From: an uncultured Clostridia bacterium
GTDB taxonomy: Bacteria; Bacillota; Clostridia; Oscillospirales; CAG-272
DNA length: 64,000 nucleotides
NCBI GenBank assembly: GCA_947626065.1
Contig: CANQQT010000002.1
Span: 76,197-140,196, forward strand
Reading direction: 5' to 3'
Shown here: positions 18,995 through 27,910 of the stretch, one piece after another
Layout of the letters: each line of letters starts with the position of its first letter
Position numbering within the stretch: position 1 is the stretch's first letter
Program-made: the position numbers and the translations under genes
The notes under the pieces: model-generated
The model's database searches: none
Seen by the model: the letters and a program-made list of their open reading frames with translations, nothing else
Told to the model about the DNA's origin: nothing

Positions 18995-19288
18995 AGAGGC
19001 CTCCTTTTGCGCACCTGTATCGGCTTTCCCGCATGGCGCACCCGTTTTTCAGTCTGCCGGGAAGCTCCCCGGCGGAGGAATTTTTTCTATCTATTATTAT
19101 ATCTTCCCGCCGCCCCTTTGTCAATAGGAAAACGAAACGCGACGCCCCTTCCAACGCAAAAAGCCGCCCGCCGGGCCCTCCGCACCCCCGCACACCGCAT
19201 GAGCCTCCGGAGCCCCGTCATTTTGCAAGATAATTTTCCCCAAAGCTCCTCTGAATTTGACGTTTTTCTCAAATTTTTATTTTGCATC

Positions 19289-19317
19289 TTGACAAATCGA
19301 GCAACATATTATATCAT
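19289..19317 (+). promoter_or_regulatory. sigma70-type promoter upstream of the first TIR gene
   Basis: TTGACA (19289-19294), a 17-nt spacer, then TATCAT (19312-19317), 62 nt before ATG 19380. Confidence 0.5.
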
Positions 19318-19379
19318 TATGATGGAAGCGAATTCATTAAGCAAATAGAACGAAAAAAATCATCGGAGGAACACGAAAA

Positions 19380-21527
19380 ATGGCAACCTACAAATGCAAA
19401 ATGTGCGGCGCAAATCTGACTCTTTCGGAGGGCGCTACCGTAACGCAGTGCGAATACTGCGGCTCTCAGCAGACCGTCCCGGCGGCCAACGACGAAAAGA
19501 AAATGATTCAGTTCTCCCGGGCAAACCAGCTTCGCCTCAAGTGCGAATTCGATAAGGCGGCGGGGATTTACGAATCGATCGTAGCCGACTTTCCCGAGGA
19601 GCCGGAGGCCTATTGGGGGCTTGTTCTCTGCAAATACGGCATTGAATACGTAGACGACCCCAAGACGCACAAGAGAATTCCCACCTGTCACCGCACCTCC
19701 GTCGAGAACGTAACCGAGGACGCCGACTACCGCAAGGCTCTGGAATACGCCGATCCGGTGGCGAAAATCCTCTATCAGGAGGAGGCCGTGCAGATTGAGG
19801 CGCTCTGCCGGAGCATTCTCGAGGTATCGGGGAAGGAAGAGCCCTTCGATATTTTCATCTGCTACAAGGAGACCGACGAAAACGGCGACCGGACGCTCGA
19901 CAGCGTGATTGCGCAGGAGGTCTACGACGCGCTGACCGAGAAGGGCTACCGCGTCTTCTTCTCGCGGATTACGCTGGAAAACAAACTGGGGACGCAATAC
20001 GAGCCCTACATTTTCGCCGCGCTGAACAGCGCCAAGGTCATGCTTGCTTTCGGCACCGATCCCGACTATTTCAACGCCGTCTGGGTCAAGAACGAATGGA
20101 GCCGCTTCTTACAGCTGATTTCCAAGGGGGAAAAGAAAACCCTGATTCCCTGCTACAAGGACATCGACCCCTCCGAAATGCCGAAGGAATTTGCCCGTTT
20201 GCAGTCACAGGATTTAGGCAAGCTCGGCGCGACACAGGATCTGCTCCGCGGAATCGAAAAGCTCCTTTCCAAGGGGAAGAAGGAGACGACCACCGAGCGC
20301 GTGATCGTGCGGGAGTCGTCTCCCCAGTCCGCGACAGTGGAGTCGCTGATTACACGGGCTTTCATGTTCCTTGAGGACAGAAAATGGGATGAGGCGACCG
20401 ACTACTGCAACCGGGTGCTGGACATCAATCCAGAGGAAGCAAGGGCTTACGTGGGACTGTTGATGGCGGATAATAAGAAAAGAAAGCAGGGAGAATTAAA
20501 AAGCCTGGAACAGCCGTTTGACAACGATCCCAACTATCGTAAAATTCTTACTTACGGAGACACCGCCTTGGCGCAAACGTTTAAAGATTATATAAAATTC
20601 ATCAAGGATCGGAACGAGGAGAACAGGAAAAGCAAAATCTATAGCGAAGCATTGAATTTGATGAACACTGGGGAAACACAGGACGATTTTCAAAGAGCCG
20701 CTGAACTGTTTCTGTCTATTCCCGGATATAAGGACGCGGACGTGCTTTGCATAAGCGCACCTTATAAATATGCAAAGGAGTTGATTAAACGCAGCAAACA
20801 AAAATTCAACAGTCTAACCGAGGACAAAGAACTGAACAAGATTCTTCAAGAATGCGGCGCCGTTTTTTCAACAATTCAGCAACTTCCGAAGCGGAAAGAC
20901 TCGGAAACGGTTATTTCAGATTTGAAACAGATAATAAGCTGGGGCAGAAATTACCTTTTAAAGAGAAACTCTATGAAAGAGCCAGTAAGCGAATTAAATA
21001 GTGAACAATCTTCTGCAGGAAAAAGACAATGTAAATTTGGCGGAAAGTTTAAAGTGGCCGTTGTATGTAGTGCAATTGCATTTCCTATAGCTTCTTTTGC
21101 CTCTTTTGCTATTTTATCTACAGCTACCGACAAAACCGAGGTGTTGTCGGCACTTTATACCGCTATAGCTGCATTGGTTATACTTGTAATCTTTCTTATT
21201 AGGTTTTTTCGTGTCTTTTTTCACAATCGTATGAGCAAAAAAAAGTACATAAAACTTGACCAAAAATTTATCCTGCTCTGTAAAGACTTCGAGTATTTGT
21301 TAAAAATCGATTCCTATTACGGTTTACAGTCTCTCTATTTGGAGCGTGGAAAGTTCGACTATAAGAACATTAATGGGCTTAAGAGTTCTTTGGCAGATTA
21401 CGCCCACAGTTTGATCTCCGAAAAGAATTATCTGAAAGCCTATGATATTCTTTTGGGAATAAACAAAAAAGAAGCAGAAAATCTATTTATCGACCACTAC
21501 CAAGACTTTATCCCCGGATTAAGCTGA
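19380..21527 (+). CDS. Zn-ribbon / TIR / TPR-like transmembrane protein (TIR paralog 1)
   Basis: N-terminal CKMCG...CEYCG ribbon. TIR core FDIFICYKETDENGDRTLDSVIAQEVYDALTEKGYRVFFSR...AVWVKNEWSRF. Two hydrophobic helices near aa 560-610. The 5' ~1.1 kb is GC-rich and the rest is AT-rich. Confidence 0.85.
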   Translation: MATYKCKMCGANLTLSEGATVTQCEYCGSQQTVPAANDEKKMIQFSRANQLRLKCEFDKAAGIYESIVADFPEEPEAYWGLVLCKYGIEYVDDPKTHKRIPTCHRTSVENVTEDADYRKALEYADPVAKILYQEEAVQIEALCRSILEVSGKEEPFDIFICYKETDENGDRTLDSVIAQEVYDALTEKGYRVFFSRITLENKLGTQYEPYIFAALNSAKVMLAFGTDPDYFNAVWVKNEWSRFLQLISKGEKKTLIPCYKDIDPSEMPKEFARLQSQDLGKLGATQDLLRGIEKLLSKGKKETTTERVIVRESSPQSATVESLITRAFMFLEDRKWDEATDYCNRVLDINPEEARAYVGLLMADNKKRKQGELKSLEQPFDNDPNYRKILTYGDTALAQTFKDYIKFIKDRNEENRKSKIYSEALNLMNTGETQDDFQRAAELFLSIPGYKDADVLCISAPYKYAKELIKRSKQKFNSLTEDKELNKILQECGAVFSTIQQLPKRKDSETVISDLKQIISWGRNYLLKRNSMKEPVSELNSEQSSAGKRQCKFGGKFKVAVVCSAIAFPIASFASFAILSTATDKTEVLSALYTAIAALVILVIFLIRFFRVFFHNRMSKKKYIKLDQKFILLCKDFEYLLKIDSYYGLQSLYLERGKFDYKNINGLKSSLADYAHSLISEKNYLKAYDILLGINKKEAENLFIDHYQDFIPGLS

Positions 21528-21592
21528 CGTAACCTCAAGGAAAAACTTATGAAGAAAAAAATTCAAAAGGAAACAAAACAAGGTGATGAACA

Positions 21593-21847
21593 TTGACATA
21601 CAAAGACGAAAACCGCCCCGAATATATCCGCCGCCTGACGGAGGAGCTCCCGGTTTTGCGGGCAAGGCTTCGTCTCTCGCAGGATGAGCTGGCCCGGGGC
21701 GTCGGGATTTCCCGGCAGACCCTTTCGCTCATCGAAACCGGCAAGCAGTCCATGTCGTGGGTAACCTTCATGGCCATGATTGCCTTCTTCGGCAACAATT
21801 CCAAAACCCGACGGGATCTTATCTCTTTGGGCCTTCTGAAATCCTGA
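21593..21847 (+). CDS. XRE-family HTH transcriptional regulator
   Basis: LSQDELARGVGISRQTLSLIETGKQ helix-turn-helix. TTG start 21593 lies 6 nt after AAGGTGA. Confidence 0.75.
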   Translation: MTYKDENRPEYIRRLTEELPVLRARLRLSQDELARGVGISRQTLSLIETGKQSMSWVTFMAMIAFFGNNSKTRRDLISLGLLKS

Positions 21848-21869
21848 TTCTATATAAGGAGAATTTACC

Positions 21870-23780
21870 ATGGGAAAATTTGCAATTGAGTGCCCCAAAT
21901 GCGGCAGCATCAACACTGCCTCCACCTTCATCTTCGCCAAAAAGGTCATCCGTTGCGGCACCTGCGGCGAGGAAATCAACATCAAGCAGTCCCGGCTGAC
22001 CTCCAAGATCTGCCCCCACTGCGGAAAGGTCTTTGTCTGCGATCAGGCCAAGGCCGCCGGGAAGAAATGCCCCTCCTGCGGAGAGCCGGTCGAGCTCTCC
22101 CAGATGGCGACCGCCCAGTACAAAATGACCGCCGTCAACTGTCCCCAATGCGCCTGCTCCATCGAGGTGGACAAAACAAAGGATACCTTTATCTGCCCGA
22201 TCTGCGATTACGAGCTTGACGTAAAAAAGGAGCTTGCCAAGGCGGAGCTTGTGAAGGATACCGGAATCAGCGTGATTCAGTACGAAGGGGACAACTCCAC
22301 CTTCGTCTGGAAGCACCTCATTGAGGACTTCAATTTAGGCTCCCAGCTGATTGTCCACGAGTCACAGGAAGCGATTTTCTTCCTCAACGGTGAGGCGCTG
22401 GACACCTTCGGCCCCGGCCGCCACACGCTGGAAACCGAGAACATTCCGATTCTCAAAAAGATCTACTCCCTCCCGACCGGCAAGCAGACGCCTTTTCACG
22501 CCGAGGTCTATTTCATCAACAAGGCCGTAAAAATGGGAATGAAGTGGGGCACCGATTCCCGTGTCCGCTTCATCGACCCGATCACCGGCATTCCCCTTGA
22601 CATCGGCGCGTCGGGAGAACTGAATCTCCAAGTGGCCGACGGAAAGAAGCTACTCATCAAGCTGGTCGGCACCACCGGAGGGCTTACCACACAAGATATT
22701 CTTGACCAGAGGATTCTGCCCACCGACGATCTCTCCGACCGGAGAACTCTGGACCGGGAAATTCTGGGCCCCAAAGTTCTGGAGAAGGATGTTCTATCCG
22801 ACTCCGGTCGAAAAAAGCCGGGCCGAGATGTTCTGTCCGACACCAACGGCAACGCCCTGACGGTATTCCTCCGCGGCTTCTTCCGTGCGCCTCTGATGAC
22901 CGAGATCAAGTCCTATCTTGCCGCCGTTATCCGGGAGGAAAAGATCAACATCCTCGAAATCGACGAGCATATGAGCCGCCTGTCGGAGATTCTCTGTCAG
23001 AAGATTTCCCCGAGGTTTGAGGAATACGGTCTGACGATTCCTCAATTTTACATCACCAACATTTCCCTCCCCGAGGACGACCCGAACTTCAAGAACATCA
23101 AGGCCCTGATTTCAAAAGCCTATCTCGACGTCAAGGCCGAAGAGGTTCTCACCAGCGTGGCGGAGGCGGCCAAGAAGCGCAAGGTTGTTGAGGCACAGAC
23201 AGCGGCGGAGCTCGACGTCATCCGCGCACAGGGCGAAGCCGAGGCCGCCAAGGCCAAGGGGCTTGCGGAGGCCGAGGTCATGCAGGCCAAGGGATACACC
23301 GGAAAGGACGTTCTGTCCGCCGACGTGCAGAAGGCATGGGCGGAAGGCGTCGGCAACATGGGGAGCGGCGGCTCCGGAGGCGGCGGGCTCGCCTCGGATC
23401 TTATCGGCATGATGGCCGGGATGAAGATGGCGGGAACCGTGCTTGACCAGATGAACGGCTCGATTCCGGGTGCGGGGACTTTCGCCGGCGCTTCGGCGGC
23501 TCCTGCGGTAGCGGCGGGAGCGACGACCGCGGCGGGAGCTTCCGGAACATGGACCTGCTCCTGCGGGGAGACGGGAAACGTCGGAAAATTCTGCATGAGC
23601 TGCGGCAAGCCCAAGGCCGAGACCTGGGACTGCCCTTCCTGCGGCCACAAGGGCAACAAGGGAAGGTTCTGCGAGGAATGCGGCGCCCCGAAGCCCGAGA
23701 GCTGGGATTGCCCCGCCTGCGGATCCAAGGAAAACAAGGGAAAATTCTGCGCTGAATGCGGCGCGAAAAAGCCTGAATAA
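21870..23780 (+). CDS. SPFH/Band-7 (YdjI-like) protein flanked by multiple zinc ribbons
   Basis: Three N-terminal CxxC...CxxC ribbons. SPFH-like core VIQYEGDNSTFVWKHLIEDFNLGSQLIVHESQEAIFFLNGEALDTFGPGRH. Gly/Ala-rich linker. Three C-terminal repeats of W-x-C-x2-CG-x4-GKFC-x2-CG. Confidence 0.8.
   Translation: MGKFAIECPKCGSINTASTFIFAKKVIRCGTCGEEINIKQSRLTSKICPHCGKVFVCDQAKAAGKKCPSCGEPVELSQMATAQYKMTAVNCPQCACSIEVDKTKDTFICPICDYELDVKKELAKAELVKDTGISVIQYEGDNSTFVWKHLIEDFNLGSQLIVHESQEAIFFLNGEALDTFGPGRHTLETENIPILKKIYSLPTGKQTPFHAEVYFINKAVKMGMKWGTDSRVRFIDPITGIPLDIGASGELNLQVADGKKLLIKLVGTTGGLTTQDILDQRILPTDDLSDRRTLDREILGPKVLEKDVLSDSGRKKPGRDVLSDTNGNALTVFLRGFFRAPLMTEIKSYLAAVIREEKINILEIDEHMSRLSEILCQKISPRFEEYGLTIPQFYITNISLPEDDPNFKNIKALISKAYLDVKAEEVLTSVAEAAKKRKVVEAQTAAELDVIRAQGEAEAAKAKGLAEAEVMQAKGYTGKDVLSADVQKAWAEGVGNMGSGGSGGGGLASDLIGMMAGMKMAGTVLDQMNGSIPGAGTFAGASAAPAVAAGATTAAGASGTWTCSCGETGNVGKFCMSCGKPKAETWDCPSCGHKGNKGRFCEECGAPKPESWDCPACGSKENKGKFCAECGAKKPE
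22695..22845 (+). repeat. in-frame 15-bp (5-aa) periodic repeat inside the SPFH gene
   Basis: DNA units such as gttctatccgactcc and gttctgtccgacacc. The peptide is ILDQR ILPTD DLSDR RTLDR EILGP KVLEK DVLSD ... DVLSD. The unit resembles the 14-bp intergenic repeat at 11271-11420. Confidence 0.6.
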
Positions 23781-23791
23781 GGAGGCACACG

Positions 23792-24496
23792 ATGATGAAA
23801 ATTTCGAAAAAGACAAAAATGATGACGGCCATCGGCGCGGTGATCTTTGCCGTCTACAACATTATCTTCTGGCTTCTCTGCGGATTCACCGGCCACCGGG
23901 CCACCTTCTGGATTTCGTGGGGCTTTATGATGGTTTCCTTCTGCGCACTGGCCGTCAGCTACACGCTTCTCGGTCAGCGTCGGCTTCTTCTGCGCGACTG
24001 GCTGTTCGGCTTCCCGATTGTGAAGCACAGCACCATTTACATCCTCGCGGAAGTTCTCTTATCCACCGTTTTTGTCATCCTTGAGAAGAAAATCTCCTGG
24101 CAGCTTGCCTTCTCGGTACAGATTCTCCTCTTCGCCGTCTATCTGGTCTTCGCCATCTCCTGCTTTTTGGCGAAAGCCACCATCGACGACGTGCACACCC
24201 GGGTCGCCGACAAGACCCGTTTCATCAAGCTCCTTCGCGCCGACGTGGAAATGCTCGTTGAAAAGTGCACGGATCCCGGACTGAAGCCGAAGCTCGGAGC
24301 GCTTGCCGAGGCCGTGCGATACAGCGATCCCATGAGCGACGAATCGCTTTTTGAACTTGAAAAGGAGCTTGCGCTCACCGTTTCCAATTGCGATCAAGCG
24401 ATCACAGACGCCCGCTACGAGGAGGCGGCACAGCTCTGCGAAAAGGCTTCCCTGCTTCTCAAAGAGAGAAACAAGAAATGTAAAGCTCTGAAGTAA
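23792..24496 (+). CDS. 4-TM membrane protein with C-terminal helical domain (hypothetical)
   Basis: 234-aa ORF 11 bp after the SPFH stop, preceded by AAGGAGG. Four hydrophobic helices, then a charged helical tail. Confidence 0.7.
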   Translation: MMKISKKTKMMTAIGAVIFAVYNIIFWLLCGFTGHRATFWISWGFMMVSFCALAVSYTLLGQRRLLLRDWLFGFPIVKHSTIYILAEVLLSTVFVILEKKISWQLAFSVQILLFAVYLVFAISCFLAKATIDDVHTRVADKTRFIKLLRADVEMLVEKCTDPGLKPKLGALAEAVRYSDPMSDESLFELEKELALTVSNCDQAITDARYEEAAQLCEKASLLLKERNKKCKALK

Positions 24497-24512
24497 AAGG
24501 AGGAGAAATTTC

Positions 24513-27356
24513 ATGGCCTTATTCAAATGCAAGATGTGCGGCGGGGCCCTTGAGACCGAAGCCTCCTCTTCGGTGGCGGTCTGCCCCTACTGCGGCACCA
24601 AGCAAACCCTTCCGCGTCTGGACAGCGACCGCAGGGAAAACCTCTACGACCGGGCGAACCATCAGCGCAGAAACAACGACTTCGACAAGGCGGCGGCCAT
24701 CTACGAACAGATTCTCAACGAGGACGGAAGCGACGCCGAGGCCTACTGGTCACTGGTACTCTGCCGGTACGGCGTGGAGTATGTGGAGGATCCCGCCACA
24801 CACAAGCGGATCCCCACCGTCAACCGGACGCAATTCACCTCCATTTACGCGGACGAAGACTACAAATCCGCCGTCAAATACGCGGATCCTCTGCAAAGGG
24901 AGATCTACGAGGCCGAAGCGAAGGCTATTGACGAGATTCAGAAGGGCATTCTTGAAATTTCAAAAAAGGAAGATCCCTTTGATATCTTCATCTGCTACAA
25001 GGAGACCGACGAAAACGGAAAACGCACCCGCGATTCGGTTTACGCCAACGAAATCTATCAGCAGCTCACGCAGGAGGGCTATCGGGTTTTCTATTCCCAC
25101 GTCACCATGAGCGGCCGCACCGACGCATATGAACCGTATATCTTTTCCGCTCTGAACAGCGCGAAGCTGATGATTGTCGTCGCCACCAATCTGAAATACG
25201 TCAATTCTCCGTGGGTCAAAAACGAATGGAGCCGCTTTCACGGCCTGATGAAAAAGGACAAAAACCGTGTGATGTACGTTTCCTATCGGGATCTTGACCC
25301 CTATGAGCTGCCCCCGGAGCTGTCCTATCTGAACCTGCTCGATCTGTCGGGGCTCGGCTTTATGCAGGATCTTGTCCGAAACGTCAAAAAGCAGTTTGGA
25401 AGCACTCCCGCGCCCACTGGAGCGACGGCCGCCCCCGCCGCCGCTTCCGGCGCGTCCAACCTGTCCGCACTCTTGAAGCGCGTGACGATTTTCCTTGAGG
25501 ACGGCGACTGGAAAAGCGCCGACGAATACTGTGAAAAGGTTCTGGACGTCGATCCCGAAAACGCGCAGGCCTATCTCGGAAAGCTGATGGCGGAGGTGAA
25601 GGTTCGGCGCCGGGAAGAGCTTGAAAATTGCCCGAAACCGTTTGACGAAAGCGGAAACTACCAAAAGGTTCTGCGCTATGCCAAGGACGACCTCGGCACG
25701 CTTCTGAGCGGATATGTTAAAACAATCAAAGACCGAAACGAAGCGGCCCGTCTGGAGGCCGCCTACAACGAGGCGTCGGCGGCCATGGACTCGGCAAAGG
25801 ACGAAAACGATTTCCGCCATACCCGCATGCTTTTCCTCGGCATCTCCGAGTATAAGGACGCAAGCGAGAAGGCGGAAGAATGCGCCACCAAGGCGGAAAA
25901 CACACGCAAAGAGGCCATCTACGCCGAAGCGTCAGAGATTCTTTCCGCGGCAAGAGACGAGGGAATATTCCAACACGCCCGCGAGCTTTTCCTCAGCATC
26001 CCCGCGTATAAGGACGCGGACGAAAAGGCGGAAGAATGTGCCGTCAAGGCGGAAGCCGCACGCAAGCAGGCGATTTATTCCAATGCTCTCAAAAAGATGT
26101 CGGCATGGAACGTCAAGGAACAGACCCTCCGCGACGCCGCCGCTGAATTTCAAAAAATTCCCGGCTATAAGGACGCCGACGAAAAAGCGGAAGCCTGTCT
26201 TGACGAGGCGGAAACGCTTCGATTGAAGGCCGAAGAAGCGGAAAGAAAAAGGCGGCAGGAAATCGAGGAAGCCCAAAGGAAGCAGGAAGAGCTACGGCTG
26301 CGCACCGAGAAAAAAGAACGTCAAAAGAAACGGATGAAAATGATCGGTCGGATAACCGCAGCTCTTGTCGTTGTCGCCGTCCTTGTCACGGGGGGATTCC
26401 TCCTTGCGAATAAATTCTGGATTATCCCGTCCGGGAAATACAACCGCGCCCTGTCGCTTATGAAGGACGGGGACTATGCTTCCGCGCTGGATATTCTTCA
26501 GGATCTGGACTTCAAGGACAGTCAGGATCAGCGCTACAACTGCGCTGTCAAGCTGCTTGAGCAAAAGGATTACGACCGGGCGATCGCCGCCTTTGCGTCC
26601 ATGCCGGATTACAAGGACTGCGCCGAGAAGCTTCTGCTCGCCAAATACCAGAAGGCCGTTTCGCTTCAATCGAGCGGGAATTATAAAGAGGCTCTTGCCG
26701 TTTTTCGGGAGCTGGACGATTACTCGGACAGCGCCGATCGGCGCTCCGCCATTGTGGGAGAGCACCGCGAATTGGCGGAGGTCGGTGATCGCCTCGTTTT
26801 CGGAAGCTATGAGCAGGACGGAAATTCCGATAACGGCACAGAAGAAATTCTTTGGTACGTTCTCGCCAAGGAGGAGGAAAAGCTGTATCTGATCAGCGAA
26901 TACATCCTTGACTATCGGCCCTATCAGGAAAAATCCTCCGGGTATCATTACGATTGGAAGGACTGTTCCCTCCGCAAATGGCTGAACGAAACCTTCTACA
27001 ACGCGGCCTTTTCGCCGGAGGAGCAGGCGTTGATTGTTCCCACAACGGTCTCCGTCCGTGGAAACAGCGACAAAACAACTGAGAATGTTTTCCTGCTGGG
27101 CTTTGACGAATTGGATTACCTTCCTCGCACGGAGGATCCCATCTTTAATTACCCCGACGTCTTCTCTACGCCATATGCGCAGAGTCTTGGCGCACAGAAT
27201 GACGGCCGCGTGAAATGGTGGTTGCGCGACGACAGTTCCGGCGGCGGGGCTCTCTACATTTATTCGTTATTAACCAACACAGCAGGGGACAGTTGGAGTT
27301 ACGAAAACCTCGGCGTCCGTCCGGTGCTGTGGCTCGACGCGTCCCGAGGGTCGTAA
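24513..27356 (+). CDS. Zn-ribbon / TIR / TPR / coiled-coil / TM / DUF6273-like protein (TIR paralog 2)
   Basis: CKMCG...CPYCG ribbon. TIR core FDIFICYKETDENGKRTRDSVYANEIYQQLTQEGYRVFYSH...SPWVKNEWSRF. Three ~45-aa repeats (F-L-x-I-x-x-YKDA-x-EKAEEC). One TM helix (ITAALVVVAVLVTGGFLL). C-terminal WWLRD...GVRPVLWL domain. Confidence 0.88.
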   Translation: MALFKCKMCGGALETEASSSVAVCPYCGTKQTLPRLDSDRRENLYDRANHQRRNNDFDKAAAIYEQILNEDGSDAEAYWSLVLCRYGVEYVEDPATHKRIPTVNRTQFTSIYADEDYKSAVKYADPLQREIYEAEAKAIDEIQKGILEISKKEDPFDIFICYKETDENGKRTRDSVYANEIYQQLTQEGYRVFYSHVTMSGRTDAYEPYIFSALNSAKLMIVVATNLKYVNSPWVKNEWSRFHGLMKKDKNRVMYVSYRDLDPYELPPELSYLNLLDLSGLGFMQDLVRNVKKQFGSTPAPTGATAAPAAASGASNLSALLKRVTIFLEDGDWKSADEYCEKVLDVDPENAQAYLGKLMAEVKVRRREELENCPKPFDESGNYQKVLRYAKDDLGTLLSGYVKTIKDRNEAARLEAAYNEASAAMDSAKDENDFRHTRMLFLGISEYKDASEKAEECATKAENTRKEAIYAEASEILSAARDEGIFQHARELFLSIPAYKDADEKAEECAVKAEAARKQAIYSNALKKMSAWNVKEQTLRDAAAEFQKIPGYKDADEKAEACLDEAETLRLKAEEAERKRRQEIEEAQRKQEELRLRTEKKERQKKRMKMIGRITAALVVVAVLVTGGFLLANKFWIIPSGKYNRALSLMKDGDYASALDILQDLDFKDSQDQRYNCAVKLLEQKDYDRAIAAFASMPDYKDCAEKLLLAKYQKAVSLQSSGNYKEALAVFRELDDYSDSADRRSAIVGEHRELAEVGDRLVFGSYEQDGNSDNGTEEILWYVLAKEEEKLYLISEYILDYRPYQEKSSGYHYDWKDCSLRKWLNETFYNAAFSPEEQALIVPTTVSVRGNSDKTTENVFLLGFDELDYLPRTEDPIFNYPDVFSTPYAQSLGAQNDGRVKWWLRDDSSGGGALYIYSLLTNTAGDSWSYENLGVRPVLWLDASRGS

Positions 27357-27448
27357 AGGCGAAGAATTTTGGCCCTTTGTCCCGTGCCGTGGGAGAAGCA
27401 GGAAGTGTAAAGCCATAAATAAGACCGTGGGGGAGTCCTCTCCCCGCG

Positions 27449-27478
27449 AAAAAGCCCCGCCTTCCGGCAGGGCTTTTT
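27449..27478. terminator. bidirectional rho-independent terminator between convergent genes
   Basis: AAAAA-GCCCcGCC-TTCC-GGCaGGGC-TTTTT hairpin flanked by an A-run and a T-run. It lies between the TIR paralog 2 stop (27356) and the RyR gene stop (27530). Confidence 0.7.
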
Positions 27479-27529
27479 CGATGGCTTCCTCCGCGCTTAC
27501 AAAGCCGCGCGGCGTTTTCCCGAAAGCTC

Positions 27530-27817
27530 TTATTTCTTCTCAATCCGATACCCGAGCGCAATCACCAGCTTCAAAGTATTGAGCGCCGTCTTGCGGTCGT
27601 ATTCCTTTTCGGTATCCGGAAGGGCTTCATACGGGACAAGGCAGGGCGTCTGCTTCTTCGCATCGTCCCGCTTTTCCCCGTAGGTCCAGCCCTCCGCAAC
27701 TCTTCCCTCCGCCCAGACGTCGTGAACGTTTTCCGCAATCTTTTCGGTCAGCTCAAGAAGGTCGTCGGGGAGCTCGATCCCGTCGGTGTCCAGCGGCTTC
27801 GGAACGTACTTTTTCAT
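27530..27817 (-). CDS. RyR-domain protein (stand-alone)
   Basis: 95 aa. IAENVHDVWAEGRVAEGWTYGEKRDDAKKQTPCLVPYEALPDTEKEYDRKTA fits the RyR-domain pattern (H-x2-W...GW-x-YG...hP-x-LVPaxxLPxxEKxxDR). Confidence 0.75.
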   Translation of the reverse strand: MKKYVPKPLDTDGIELPDDLLELTEKIAENVHDVWAEGRVAEGWTYGEKRDDAKKQTPCLVPYEALPDTEKEYDRKTALNTLKLVIALGYRIEKK

Positions 27818-27910
27818 TGCATTTTCTCCTTTTTCGCAGAAATTTCGGCTTTTGCGGCATAGTCCGCTATATAGTCAATATATGCCGCTTCGCGGGCCGC
27901 GCTCCGGGTC

